Of a DNA stretch of 64,000 bases, positions 1 to 8,139 are shown one piece after another. The translations under genes and the position numbers were made by a program. Under the pieces are notes generated by a model. That model saw nothing but the letters and a program-made list of their open reading frames with translations, did no database searches and had not been told where the DNA came from. Source of the stretch: Candidatus Limnocylindria bacterium (GTDB taxonomy: Bacteria > Chloroflexota > Limnocylindria > QHBO01); contig DASTTX010000102.1 of assembly GCA_035759945.1 (NCBI GenBank), positions 2,027-66,026 on the forward strand, given 5' to 3'. Numbering within the stretch: position 1 is the stretch's first letter; every line of letters begins with the position of its first letter.

Positions 1-98
1 CGCTTCGAGGCAAGGCGGCGCATCAGGCTGAAGGCGTACAGCGCCAGGCCGCCGATGATCACGCCGTAGGCCGCGATGACGTAGCCCGCGTCGGTCAT
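1..98 (-). CDS. ccmD: Heme exporter protein CcmD, cut off by the window start
   Basis: Minus-strand ATG at 98 overlaps the ccmC stop (ATGA). It translates to MTDAGYVIAAYGVIIGGLALYAFSLMRRL..., a short hydrophobic peptide typical of CcmD sitting directly downstream of ccmC. Confidence 0.55.
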   Translation of the reverse strand, partial: MTDAGYVIAAYGVIIGGLALYAFSLMRRLASK

Positions 99-811
99 CG
101 GGCGACCTCCGCCGTCTCGTGCCGGCTCATGAGCCGCTCGACGCGTGCCGCCTCCTCGCGCTCGACCTCGAGGCGGGCGAGCTGATAACGACGGATCATC
201 AGGTAGACCCAGGCCAGCGTGAAGGCCGCCAGCATGCCGAGCAGGGTGCCGACGAAGACCATCGGCGCGGCAGGGTTCAGCACCCGATCCGGCGAGCCGA
301 TGGTCGCCGTCTGGTGCAGGCCACGCCACCACTCGACGCTGAAGTGGACGATCGGGATGTCGACGGCGGCCACGATGCCGACGATCGCGGCACGCGTCGC
401 GCGACGCTCGGGGTCATCGGTCAGGTGGCGCAGCAGCAGGTAGCCGACGTACAGCGCCAGCAGGAGCGCCGTCGTGGTGAGGCGCGGATCCTCCCACTGC
501 CACATGACGCCCCACACCGGGTCGCCCCACATCATGCCGCCCCAGATCGCAAAGGCCGTGAAGACCACGCCGATCTCGGCGGCCGACAGCGCAACCGCGT
601 CGAAGCGCATGTCCCGCTTCCAGAGCCAGCCGATGCCGGCCGCGGCGGTGACGCCGAACGACAGGTAGCCCAGCCACGCCGATGCGACGTGCGGGTACAT
701 GATTCGCTGGGCATCGCCCTGGTTGAGATCGGCCGGGACGACGAACAGCGCAACGAGGACCATGGCTGCCACGGCGATGAGCGCCACCGCGCCCAGGATG
801 CGGGTCTTCAT
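95..811 (-). CDS. ccmC: Heme exporter protein CcmC (cytochrome c-type biogenesis)
   Basis: 238 aa polytopic membrane protein with a tryptophan-rich WGxxMWGDPVWGVMWQWEDPRL (WWD) motif. It lies in a ccmA-B-C-D order with overlapping stop and start codons. Confidence 0.85.
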   Translation of the reverse strand: MKTRILGAVALIAVAAMVLVALFVVPADLNQGDAQRIMYPHVASAWLGYLSFGVTAAAGIGWLWKRDMRFDAVALSAAEIGVVFTAFAIWGGMMWGDPVWGVMWQWEDPRLTTTALLLALYVGYLLLRHLTDDPERRATRAAIVGIVAAVDIPIVHFSVEWWRGLHQTATIGSPDRVLNPAAPMVFVGTLLGMLAAFTLAWVYLMIRRYQLARLEVEREEAARVERLMSRHETAEVAR

Positions 812-1500
812 CAGTCCTCCAGCAGGTAGCCGTACGTGGCGGCACCGGCGACGAGCATGATCACGTCGTACGCGACCAGCAGCTGCAGCCAGGCGCCGAG
901 CTCACCGAACGGGTCGCCGGACAGCGCCGCGGCCGTGGCCTTGACGGCGCCGAGCAGGAGTGGCGCCAGGACCGGCAGCATGAGCAGCGGCAGCATCACC
1001 TCGCGCGCCCGCAGCCGCACGGTCACGCCGGCGTAGAAGGTGCCGACTGCCGCGATGCCGACCGCCCCGAGCACCACCGTGGCGACGAGCGGCAGCACCG
1101 CGCCCGCCACGTCCACCGCGAAGAGGATGCCGACCGCGCCGAGCACGATGAGGCCCAGGACCAGCATCACGACGAAGCCGCCGACGGCCTTGCCGGCGTA
1201 GATCGCGCGGCGCGTGATCGGGTAGAGGGCTAGCTGCTCGAGCGCGCCGTCGTCGGTCTCGAGCAGGTGGAGCCGATTGACTGCCAGCACACCGGCAAAG
1301 ACGAGCGCCAGCCACAGGAGGCCCGGTGCGGCGTCCGCCAGTCGCTGCGCGTCCGGCCCGAGGGCGAAGCCGAACAGCAGCAGGACCACGGCCGCGAAGA
1401 ACAGGGTGCTCACGGCGGCATGCCGTCCACGCAGCTCGGCCAGCGCATCCTTTCGCGCGATGGCGAGGGCCAGCGACGCTTCGTGCCGAAGCGCGCTCAT
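811..1500 (-). CDS. ccmB: Heme exporter permease CcmB
   Basis: 229 aa hydrophobic protein with 6 TM helices, between ccmA and ccmC. TGATG overlap with ccmC and ATGA overlap with ccmA. Confidence 0.8.
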   Translation of the reverse strand: MSALRHEASLALAIARKDALAELRGRHAAVSTLFFAAVVLLLFGFALGPDAQRLADAAPGLLWLALVFAGVLAVNRLHLLETDDGALEQLALYPITRRAIYAGKAVGGFVVMLVLGLIVLGAVGILFAVDVAGAVLPLVATVVLGAVGIAAVGTFYAGVTVRLRAREVMLPLLMLPVLAPLLLGAVKATAAALSGDPFGELGAWLQLLVAYDVIMLVAGAATYGYLLED

Positions 1501-2261
1501 CGGGCAACCACCGCGGGGCGCCGCGTCGCCGGCGGCGTCGGTGGCGTACTGCTGACTCCGTCACCGGAGACGTCGGCCACCAGGCCACGCTCCAGGACCA
1601 CGCGTCCATCCAGGAACGGCTCCAGGCGCTCGGTCGCGTGCGAGGCGATCAGCACCGTCACGCCCACATCCCTCCATGCGCCCAGCAGCGCCTCGATCAG
1701 TCCCATGCCGTCCTCGTCCAGTGCGGCGAGCGGCTCGTCCAGCAGGACGAGCGATGCGCTTCCGAGAAGGATGCGGCCCAGCGCCAGCCGCTTGCGCATG
1801 CCGGCCGAGAAGTCGCGCACGCGATCGGCCGACCGCTCCAGCAGGCCGACGTCCGACAGCGCCCGTTCGACGCGGGCATCGCGGTCTGGCGTGTCCAGCA
1901 GGGTGGCGGCGAAGGCGAGGTTCTCGCGCGCCGTGAGGTCGTCGTACAGGCCGGTGCCGTGCGAGAGGTACGCGACGCGCTCACGGACGCGGTCCGCGTC
2001 GCGGCCGAGGTCGATGCCGTCGACTGCCGCAGACCCATACGAGGCTCTGATGGCGGTGGCGAGGATGCGCATCAGGGTCGTCTTGCCGGCGCCATTCGGC
2101 CCGAGCAGCGCGATCGTCCGGCCGGCCGTCACCTGCAGCGATACGCCGGCGAGCGCGGGGCTGCCAGCGAAGAGGCGGGCGAGGTCGGTGGTGACCACCG
2201 CCGGAGGTCGGGTGTCGTGAGCCCCGAGGGAGCGGGGCGACACGTAGATGGTCTGCGGCAT
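1497..2261 (-). CDS. ccmA: Heme exporter ABC ATPase CcmA (the real start is probably the internal GTG near 2198)
   Basis: Walker A GPNGAGKTTLMR, an ABC signature-like SAGMRKRLAL, and Walker B LLLDEP. The CcmA N-terminus aligns with ...DLARLF, which suggests the GTG at 2198 is the true start. Confidence 0.8.
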   Translation of the reverse strand: MPQTIYVSPRSLGAHDTRPPAVVTTDLARLFAGSPALAGVSLQVTAGRTIALLGPNGAGKTTLMRILATAIRASYGSAAVDGIDLGRDADRVRERVAYLSHGTGLYDDLTARENLAFAATLLDTPDRDARVERALSDVGLLERSADRVRDFSAGMRKRLALGRILLGSASLVLLDEPLAALDEDGMGLIEALLGAWRDVGVTVLIASHATERLEPFLDGRVVLERGLVADVSGDGVSSTPPTPPATRRPAVVAR

Positions 2262-2406
2262 GCTCGACGCTGGGGCGAAGATGAGTGGGCCACAGCACTA
2301 TGCGGGCGGCATCGGAGGGCGTCAAATGAGGTGAAGGGTCGTAACCATGCTCGTATGAGGCGACGAAGACCCCGACTCTCGCATCCACAAAGGAGCCCTC
2401 GACCAC

Positions 2407-2859
2407 ATGCACCGATCCGCCGCGCTCATCGGAATCCTGGCTCTCGTGCTGGCCGCCTGTGCCTCGCCTGCGGCCGCGCCATCGGCGACCGAGCCGCCGA
2501 CGCCATCCGCGACCGAGGCCGCCACGCCGTCGGCCAGTCCCAGCGCCGAGGAGAGCGAGTCCGCCGAGCCGTCCGAGGAGGCGACCGCGGAGGAGGTCCG
2601 CGTCAGGCTCGAGTCGTCGAACTTCGACCCGTCCGAGCTGACCATCACCGCCGGCACGACGGTGCTCTTCCTCAATGCCGACAGCTACACGCACACCGTG
2701 ACCGAGGGAACCGGCGGGCAGGCGGTGGATGACCCGATCGTCGATCGCGAGATCGCCCAGAACCGCAGCGTACGCGTCACGTTCGACGAGCCGGGCACGT
2801 ACGACATCACCTGCAAGATCCATCCATCCATGCAGCTGACCGTCACGGTCGAAGGCTGA
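2407..2859 (+). CDS. Blue-copper (cupredoxin, plastocyanin/amicyanin-like) lipoprotein
   Basis: Lipobox LAAC signal, then a Pro/Thr/Ser-rich linker, then a C-terminal cupredoxin domain with type-1 Cu ligands H(TVTEG)...C-K-I-H-P-S-M. An AAAGGAG RBS precedes the start. Confidence 0.8.
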   Translation: MHRSAALIGILALVLAACASPAAAPSATEPPTPSATEAATPSASPSAEESESAEPSEEATAEEVRVRLESSNFDPSELTITAGTTVLFLNADSYTHTVTEGTGGQAVDDPIVDREIAQNRSVRVTFDEPGTYDITCKIHPSMQLTVTVEG

Positions 2860-2876
2860 ACACGAGGAGGCCGATA

Positions 2877-3263
2877 GTGCACCGATCCCGACCCCTGGCG
2901 ATCCTGGTCCTGGTACTGCTCCTGGCAGCGTGCAGCAACAACGCCGCGAGCTCGGCCCCGGCAGCCGATGGCGGCGGCGCGGCAACCGACGACGGCAGCA
3001 GCGGTGGCGGCGAGACCGTCTCGCTCGCCGGCTTCGCCTTCTCGCCGTCGGAGCTGACCATCCCGGCCGGCACGACCGTGACCTTCACCGATACGGCCAA
3101 CCACACCGTCACCGAGGGCACTGATGGCGAGGCGGTCGACGACCCGATCGTCGACGAGGACGGCGGCAGCGACATCGAGGTCACCTTCGACGAGCCGGGG
3201 ACCTACAACATCACCTGCAAGATCCACCCGGACATGAACATGACGATCACGGTGGAGGGCTGA
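2877..3263 (+). CDS. Blue-copper (cupredoxin) lipoprotein, paralog of the preceding gene
   Basis: Lipobox LAAC, a Gly/Asp-rich linker, and an equivalent Cu-ligand pattern (NHTVTEG...CKIHPDM) in a domain nearly identical to the upstream gene. GTG start with a GAGGAGG RBS. Confidence 0.75.
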   Translation: MHRSRPLAILVLVLLLAACSNNAASSAPAADGGGAATDDGSSGGGETVSLAGFAFSPSELTIPAGTTVTFTDTANHTVTEGTDGEAVDDPIVDEDGGSDIEVTFDEPGTYNITCKIHPDMNMTITVEG

Positions 3264-3322
3264 GCCCGCCCGCCGTGCTCGGTTGATCGGTTGCCGGAGG
3301 CGGTGCTAGGGTTCGCGTCCTG

Positions 3323-3700
3323 ATGGACGCCGGGCTCTCCCCCACCGCCTCCGGAGCGAATCGATCGCGCGCCGCCCGCCGCGAGGCCGCGCAGCGCTCG
3401 GAATGCGCGGCAACGGCCGCGCTGAACGTGCTCGGCCAGAAGTGGGTGATGCGCATCATCCGCGTCCTCGGTGACCGCACCCAGCGCTTCTGCGAGCTGC
3501 AGGACGCGCTCGGCGGGGCCAACTCGGCCACGCTGTCGCAGCGCCTGAAGATGCTCGAGGACGAGGGGCTCATCGAGCGTCGCGCCATCAGCGCGGTGCC
3601 GCCCTGGGTCGAGTACTCGCTGACGACCAAGGGCGCCGACCTGCGCGGCGCGATCGCCGGGATCGACCGCTGGGCGGATCGCTGGGCCTCCACGCAGTGA
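3323..3700 (+). CDS. HxlR-family transcriptional regulator
   Basis: Winged-helix HxlR pattern (LGQKWVMRIIRVLGD..RFCELQ...LSQRLKMLEDEGLIERR..VPPWVEYSLT). Confidence 0.8.
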   Translation: MDAGLSPTASGANRSRAARREAAQRSECAATAALNVLGQKWVMRIIRVLGDRTQRFCELQDALGGANSATLSQRLKMLEDEGLIERRAISAVPPWVEYSLTTKGADLRGAIAGIDRWADRWASTQ

Positions 3701-4185
3701 GCCACCCGATCGCCGAGGAGCGCCCGGTCGTGCACGGCGATGCGCTCAACGCGCTCCGTGCCGAGATCGCCGAGGAGCCCGATCCGTCCGCCGCGGCGCA
3801 GCGCGCGGTCGACATGCTCCACGACCGCTTCGGCCATTACGACTGGGTCGGCATCTACTGGGTCGACGGCTCGGACCTGGTGCTCGGGCCATGGGTCGGC
3901 CCGCAGGCAACCGAGCACACCCGCATCCCGATCGGGACCGGCGTGTGCGGCGCGGCCGCCGCCTCCGGGACGACCGAGATCGTGCCCGACGTCAACGCCG
4001 ACCCGCGCTATCTCGCCTGCTTCGCCAGCACCAGGAGCGAGATCGTGGTCCCGATCTTCGACGGCGGCGAGGTCATCGGCGAGATCGACATCGACGGCTC
4101 GGATCACGACGCCTTCGACGACATGGATGCCCGCTTCCTCGAAGAGGTCGCCGCCCTGGTCGCGCCGCTGCGACCGCGGTCGTAA
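3697..4185 (+). CDS. GAF-domain protein of the free methionine-(R)-sulfoxide reductase (fRMsr) family
   Basis: About 160 aa. Motifs YDWVGIYWV...LVLGPWVG...GTGVCG...YLACF..SEIVVPI...GEIDIDG match the fRMsr/GAF family. The start overlaps the HxlR stop. Confidence 0.65.
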   Translation: MSHPIAEERPVVHGDALNALRAEIAEEPDPSAAAQRAVDMLHDRFGHYDWVGIYWVDGSDLVLGPWVGPQATEHTRIPIGTGVCGAAAASGTTEIVPDVNADPRYLACFASTRSEIVVPIFDGGEVIGEIDIDGSDHDAFDDMDARFLEEVAALVAPLRPRS

Positions 4186-4209
4186 CCACGCACGTACCGC
4201 ATCGGTGAG

Positions 4210-4722
4210 ATGTCCACCGGTCCGGGTCCGTTCGAGAAGGTCTACGACGAGCACGTCGTCGGCATCTATCGGTTCATCTACGCGCGCGTCGGCAACCATC
4301 CTGATGCGGAGGACCTGACGGCGCAGGTGTTCGTGCGCGCCGTCGAGCAGCTCGACACGAGCCGCGAGCCCGGTCAGATCGCCGCGTGGCTGTACCGGGT
4401 CGCGCACAACGCGACCGCCGACTACTGGCGCGCGTTCTACCGGCTGCCGCTGGTCGGGACCGATCATGTGGCGCCCGGCTGGGAGCCGGCCGACGAGACC
4501 AGGCCGGCCGCCGATCCCGACGAGCGCAGCGCCGTGCGCGTGCAGGCACTGCTGCGGCGGCTGCCGGATCATTATCGGCGCGTGCTCGAGCTCCGCTTCC
4601 TGGAACGCCTGAGCGTCGCCGAGACCGCGACGGCCATGGGGATCAGCAACGGCAATGCCCGCGTGCTGCAGTACCGCGCGCTGCGGCGTGCGGCCCTTCT
4701 GGGAGAGGCGAGCGATGGCTGA
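4210..4722 (+). CDS. ECF-type RNA polymerase sigma-70 factor
   Basis: Region 2 (VVGIYRFIYARVGNHPDAEDLTAQVF) and a region 4 HTH (LSVAETATAMGISNGNARVLQYRALRR). 170 aa. Confidence 0.85.
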   Translation: MSTGPGPFEKVYDEHVVGIYRFIYARVGNHPDAEDLTAQVFVRAVEQLDTSREPGQIAAWLYRVAHNATADYWRAFYRLPLVGTDHVAPGWEPADETRPAADPDERSAVRVQALLRRLPDHYRRVLELRFLERLSVAETATAMGISNGNARVLQYRALRRAALLGEASDG

Positions 4723-5509
4723 CGACGAGCGACCCGCCGACGACGCGGCCGACCGCTTCGACACCTACCTCGAGGCGCTGCTCGGCGAGGGCCGTCCTTC
4801 GCCCGAGGCCGTGGGCGACCGCGACGAGGCCGAGATGGCACGCATGGCGGCCGAGCTCGCCGCCAGCGTTCGCGCGGCGACCACACCTGACCCGGCCTTC
4901 GTCGAGCAGCTGCGCCTTCGCATGCGCCAGGCCGACGCGGGCATCGCCTCCGTGCAGCGGCCGCCGCCGGTGCGCGAGCAGCCGCGTCCGGCCGGCTCGG
5001 GCCGCTGGCGCCTGTCGCGCCGCCAGGTGCTCCAGGCCGGGCTCGGGGCCGCGGCCGGCATGGCCGCCGGCGTCATCGGAGCGTCGCTGGGCAGCCGCAC
5101 GCCGCAGCGGCAGATCGGCGATGACGACCAGCTGGTGGCCGGTGACGGCTTCTGGACCGAGGTCGCCAGCGTTTCGGACGTGCCGCCCGGCAGCGCCGTC
5201 CGCTTCAGCACGGCGGCCTTCGATGGCTTCGTGGTCAACGACGCGGGCACCATTCGGGCGCTGTCATCGGTCTGCACCCACATGGGCTGCACGCTCCACT
5301 TCCGGCCCGACTGGACGGACTTCAGGTGCCCGTGCCACGGGGCCAGCTTCGACCTGGCCGGGCGCCTGGCCAACGGCCGCAGTGCGTGGAGGAAGGACGG
5401 AGCCTACCCCGGGGACGCGAAGGCCTACCCCATCGAGCTGCCGGACCTCGTTCGCCCGCGGGTCAAGGTCGAGGACGACGCCGTGTGGGTGTGGACCGCC
5501 CAGGCCTGA
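4715..5509 (+). CDS. Anti-sigma-factor-like membrane protein with a C-terminal Rieske [2Fe-2S] domain
   Basis: ATG at 4715 overlaps the sigma-factor stop (ATGGCTGA). The cytoplasmic N-terminus is anti-sigma-like and is followed by an RRQVLQAGLGAAAGMAAG Tat-like/TM segment. The C-terminus carries Rieske motifs CTHMGC...CPCHGA. Confidence 0.7.
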   Translation: MADDERPADDAADRFDTYLEALLGEGRPSPEAVGDRDEAEMARMAAELAASVRAATTPDPAFVEQLRLRMRQADAGIASVQRPPPVREQPRPAGSGRWRLSRRQVLQAGLGAAAGMAAGVIGASLGSRTPQRQIGDDDQLVAGDGFWTEVASVSDVPPGSAVRFSTAAFDGFVVNDAGTIRALSSVCTHMGCTLHFRPDWTDFRCPCHGASFDLAGRLANGRSAWRKDGAYPGDAKAYPIELPDLVRPRVKVEDDAVWVWTAQA

Positions 5510-5519
5510 CGCCGACGTC

Positions 5520-5741
5520 CTACAGGCGAATGACCTCGAACAGGTAGCCGATCAGGTAGGGCACGGCCACGATGACCAGGATCACCGCCAGGACGATCCC
5601 GGCGTAGATGAACAGGGTCAGGTCGGGTGGCTCGGCTCGCTCCGGCGGTGGCGTGAGGCGCCGTGCCAGGTGCGTCGGCCGCTGTGGGCGGCGATGCTCG
5701 TACTTGCGTTGCTCGCCGACCTCGGGCAGCTTCAGCCGCAC
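5520..5741 (-). CDS. Hypothetical small membrane protein (single C-terminal TM)
   Basis: 73 aa ORF with a hydrophobic C-terminus (LFIYAGIVLAVILVIVAVPYLIGYLF), lying between two real genes. I found no homology evidence. Confidence 0.25.
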   Translation of the reverse strand: MRLKLPEVGEQRKYEHRRPQRPTHLARRLTPPPERAEPPDLTLFIYAGIVLAVILVIVAVPYLIGYLFEVIRL

Positions 5742-5757
5742 CGGTCCGGGGCGTCGC

Positions 5758-8139
5758 TCATGCGTCGTGGCCGCGCTCCACGGAGTCGACCAGCTCGCGC
5801 AGGCGACGCAGGCGCTCCGGCCGATCGGCGACGTAGCGCTCGATGGCGGCGATCATGTGCTCCGGCCCGAGATGCGCTTCGTCCAGGACCTCGTCCACCG
5901 TCCCGCCGGTCCGCCAGCGGTCGTCCCAATCGGAGCTGAGCGAGTACTCCTCGGCGATCGGTCCATCCACCCAGTCGCGCATCAGCTTGAAGGCACGATT
6001 GGTGATCGCCATGCCGTCCCATCGGTCCGCGGGTGAGCAGATCTCGTCGCGATACGCGGCGTCCTGCATCCGGAACAGCTGCGGGCTGATAGCGGCCACG
6101 ATGCGGACGTTGAGGCCGCGCCGGTCGAGCTCCGGCAGGATCTTGACGAGGTTGGCGGTCGACATCGTGCCCTGCACGTACACGGTGCCGGCTGACGGCC
6201 GGTCTGGCAAAGGACGTCGTAGGACGTACGCGCCGCGCGCCGCGGCGAAATGCGAGTCCATCCCCAGCGCCGGGCGGTCGGGAATCTCGACCGCCGGCCG
6301 GGTGAGGTGCAGCGCGACGATCGGCACGTCGGTGGCCAGCGCCGCCGCAAGCAGCACGGGGACCTCGTTGTGCTCCCACGGGTGCAGGTCGATGACGTGG
6401 CCCTCCGGGAAGAGCTGGGTCACGCCGGTGGCGAAGATGCCGAAGTGGGTGCGCGAGTCCTCGGCCGTCTCCGGACCGGAGTGGCCGGCGACCCAGATGA
6501 CCTTGCCGACCTTGAGCTCGGTGTCCTGCGCCAGCTGGCTGAACAGGCGCATGGGTCCGTACTTGAGGTAGCTGAACGACCCGTACGTGGAGCACGCCGT
6601 CCAGAAGCCGTTGAATGCGTGGAACGGGTCGTCGGCCAGGTTGACGGTCGCAATGCCGACGCTCACGCCGGCATTGGTGAACTCGGTGATCTGCTGCGGC
6701 AGCAGCGCGCCCCGTGGGTTCGTGTCGCGGTTGTACCAGCCCCAGCCGGGCAGGTCCCCGAAGTCCTTGGCGAAGCCGGCGATGTTCGTCGACTCGGCCA
6801 GGTCGGCGGAGCAGGCGATGACCAGCGGACGGTCGTACTCGGCGCGCGCGGTGGCGTTGACCCAGGACCCCCACGTCGCCAGGGCGGCGCGGTTCGGCGC
6901 CTTCTCGCCGGGCTTCTTCCACATCGAGTCGGGGTACGCGGTCACGTCGGTGAAGCGCGGGTCGTCGAAGATCTCGGTGCCGCGTCCTCCCAGGTGGAAG
7001 CCCTCGACGCGCGTCGGCACGGACTCGCCCAGCTGCACCAGCCGGTCGCTGATGGCGTCGACGACCGCCGGGTTGGCGCGCAGCACCCCCATGGCGACCT
7101 CGAAGTTCGCGCGCGCCTGCGCCTGGAGCTCGTCGGGGTCGGCCGGCGGCGGCTGGTCGACGCCCACGTACTCGACGCCGTGGCGCGCCATGAACTGCCG
7201 GCGCACCGCCCAGAACGGCTCCGAGTTCATCGCGTGCGGCGAGCCGTGGCTGGCGTTGTCGTACTTGCCGTAGCCACGGCCCTTGCGCGTCTTGAACCAT
7301 GCCATCGACGGCACCCGCTCGGGGTTGTCGCCCCGGGCCGCCTCGAGGACCGCGCGAGTGACGGCGCCCCACTCCGAGCCGTCCTCGGTGCCGGTGATGC
7401 GCCAGCCATACGGCTCGAACCACTCGGCCGGGGTGCCGTGCACCACCTCGTGGATGGCTACGTCGTCGATGCCGTAGTCGTTCCAGTCGATCAGGAAGAC
7501 GAGATTCGACAGGCCCAGGCCCCAGGCCGTATTGCGTGTCTCGTGGCTGGCGCCCGGCGTCAGGCCGCCCTCGCCCTCGACGGCGAAGACCTTGACCTCC
7601 TCGGCGCCGGCCAGCTTGAGGGCCACCGCCTCACCTGCCGCGGGCGGCATGCCATGCCCGGACGGCCCGGTGTTGAACTTGAGGAAGAGGGTCTTGCCCT
7701 CCATCTCGGCGTGACCCGGCAGCCCGCCCCGACGACGCAACTTGAGGAGGTCCTCCCAGGTCAGTGCCCAGCGGCCGTCATCGGGGAAGGCGAAACGCGC
7801 GTCACCGTCACGCTCGGCACGGGCGCGCAGCGTCTCGTTGAGGACCGCCAACGTGGTGTACACGAGCGGCACGGTGTGCCCGGCCGACAGCACGAAGCGG
7901 TCGCCGAACGGCAGCCACGGCCGCCGGATGTCCCAGCGCATGGCGCCCGACAGCAGCAGCGACAGGAAGAGGTGGACCTTCGAGCGCGAGCCGCCCGGGT
8001 GCCCGGACTGCCGGTAGTTCAGGGTGAGGTCGATCGCCTCGTCGATGACGTCCTTGACGAGCTCCCAGTCGTCGAACGAGTCCGATGCCCGCGCGAAGAG
8101 CTCCTCGACGCCCTGGACCGAGGGGCGCGTGGCCGTCAT
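5758..8139 (-). CDS. Transketolase-family thiamine-diphosphate enzyme (long form, 794 aa)
   Basis: The provided ORF extends to 8583, but the likely start is the ATG at 8139, which overlaps the upstream aminotransferase stop (ATGA). The TPP-binding N-terminal domain carries SGHPGG and GEGGL motifs and is followed by pyrimidine-binding and C-terminal domains. Confidence 0.7.
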   Translation of the reverse strand: MTATRPSVQGVEELFARASDSFDDWELVKDVIDEAIDLTLNYRQSGHPGGSRSKVHLFLSLLLSGAMRWDIRRPWLPFGDRFVLSAGHTVPLVYTTLAVLNETLRARAERDGDARFAFPDDGRWALTWEDLLKLRRRGGLPGHAEMEGKTLFLKFNTGPSGHGMPPAAGEAVALKLAGAEEVKVFAVEGEGGLTPGASHETRNTAWGLGLSNLVFLIDWNDYGIDDVAIHEVVHGTPAEWFEPYGWRITGTEDGSEWGAVTRAVLEAARGDNPERVPSMAWFKTRKGRGYGKYDNASHGSPHAMNSEPFWAVRRQFMARHGVEYVGVDQPPPADPDELQAQARANFEVAMGVLRANPAVVDAISDRLVQLGESVPTRVEGFHLGGRGTEIFDDPRFTDVTAYPDSMWKKPGEKAPNRAALATWGSWVNATARAEYDRPLVIACSADLAESTNIAGFAKDFGDLPGWGWYNRDTNPRGALLPQQITEFTNAGVSVGIATVNLADDPFHAFNGFWTACSTYGSFSYLKYGPMRLFSQLAQDTELKVGKVIWVAGHSGPETAEDSRTHFGIFATGVTQLFPEGHVIDLHPWEHNEVPVLLAAALATDVPIVALHLTRPAVEIPDRPALGMDSHFAAARGAYVLRRPLPDRPSAGTVYVQGTMSTANLVKILPELDRRGLNVRIVAAISPQLFRMQDAAYRDEICSPADRWDGMAITNRAFKLMRDWVDGPIAEEYSLSSDWDDRWRTGGTVDEVLDEAHLGPEHMIAAIERYVADRPERLRRLRELVDSVERGHDA

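Noticed and set aside
1326-2732. 468 aa plus-strand ORF spanning ccmA and ccmB
   Set aside because: Antisense to the ccm genes with a low-complexity Arg/Ala/Gly translation. The ccm genes on the minus strand have clear motifs.
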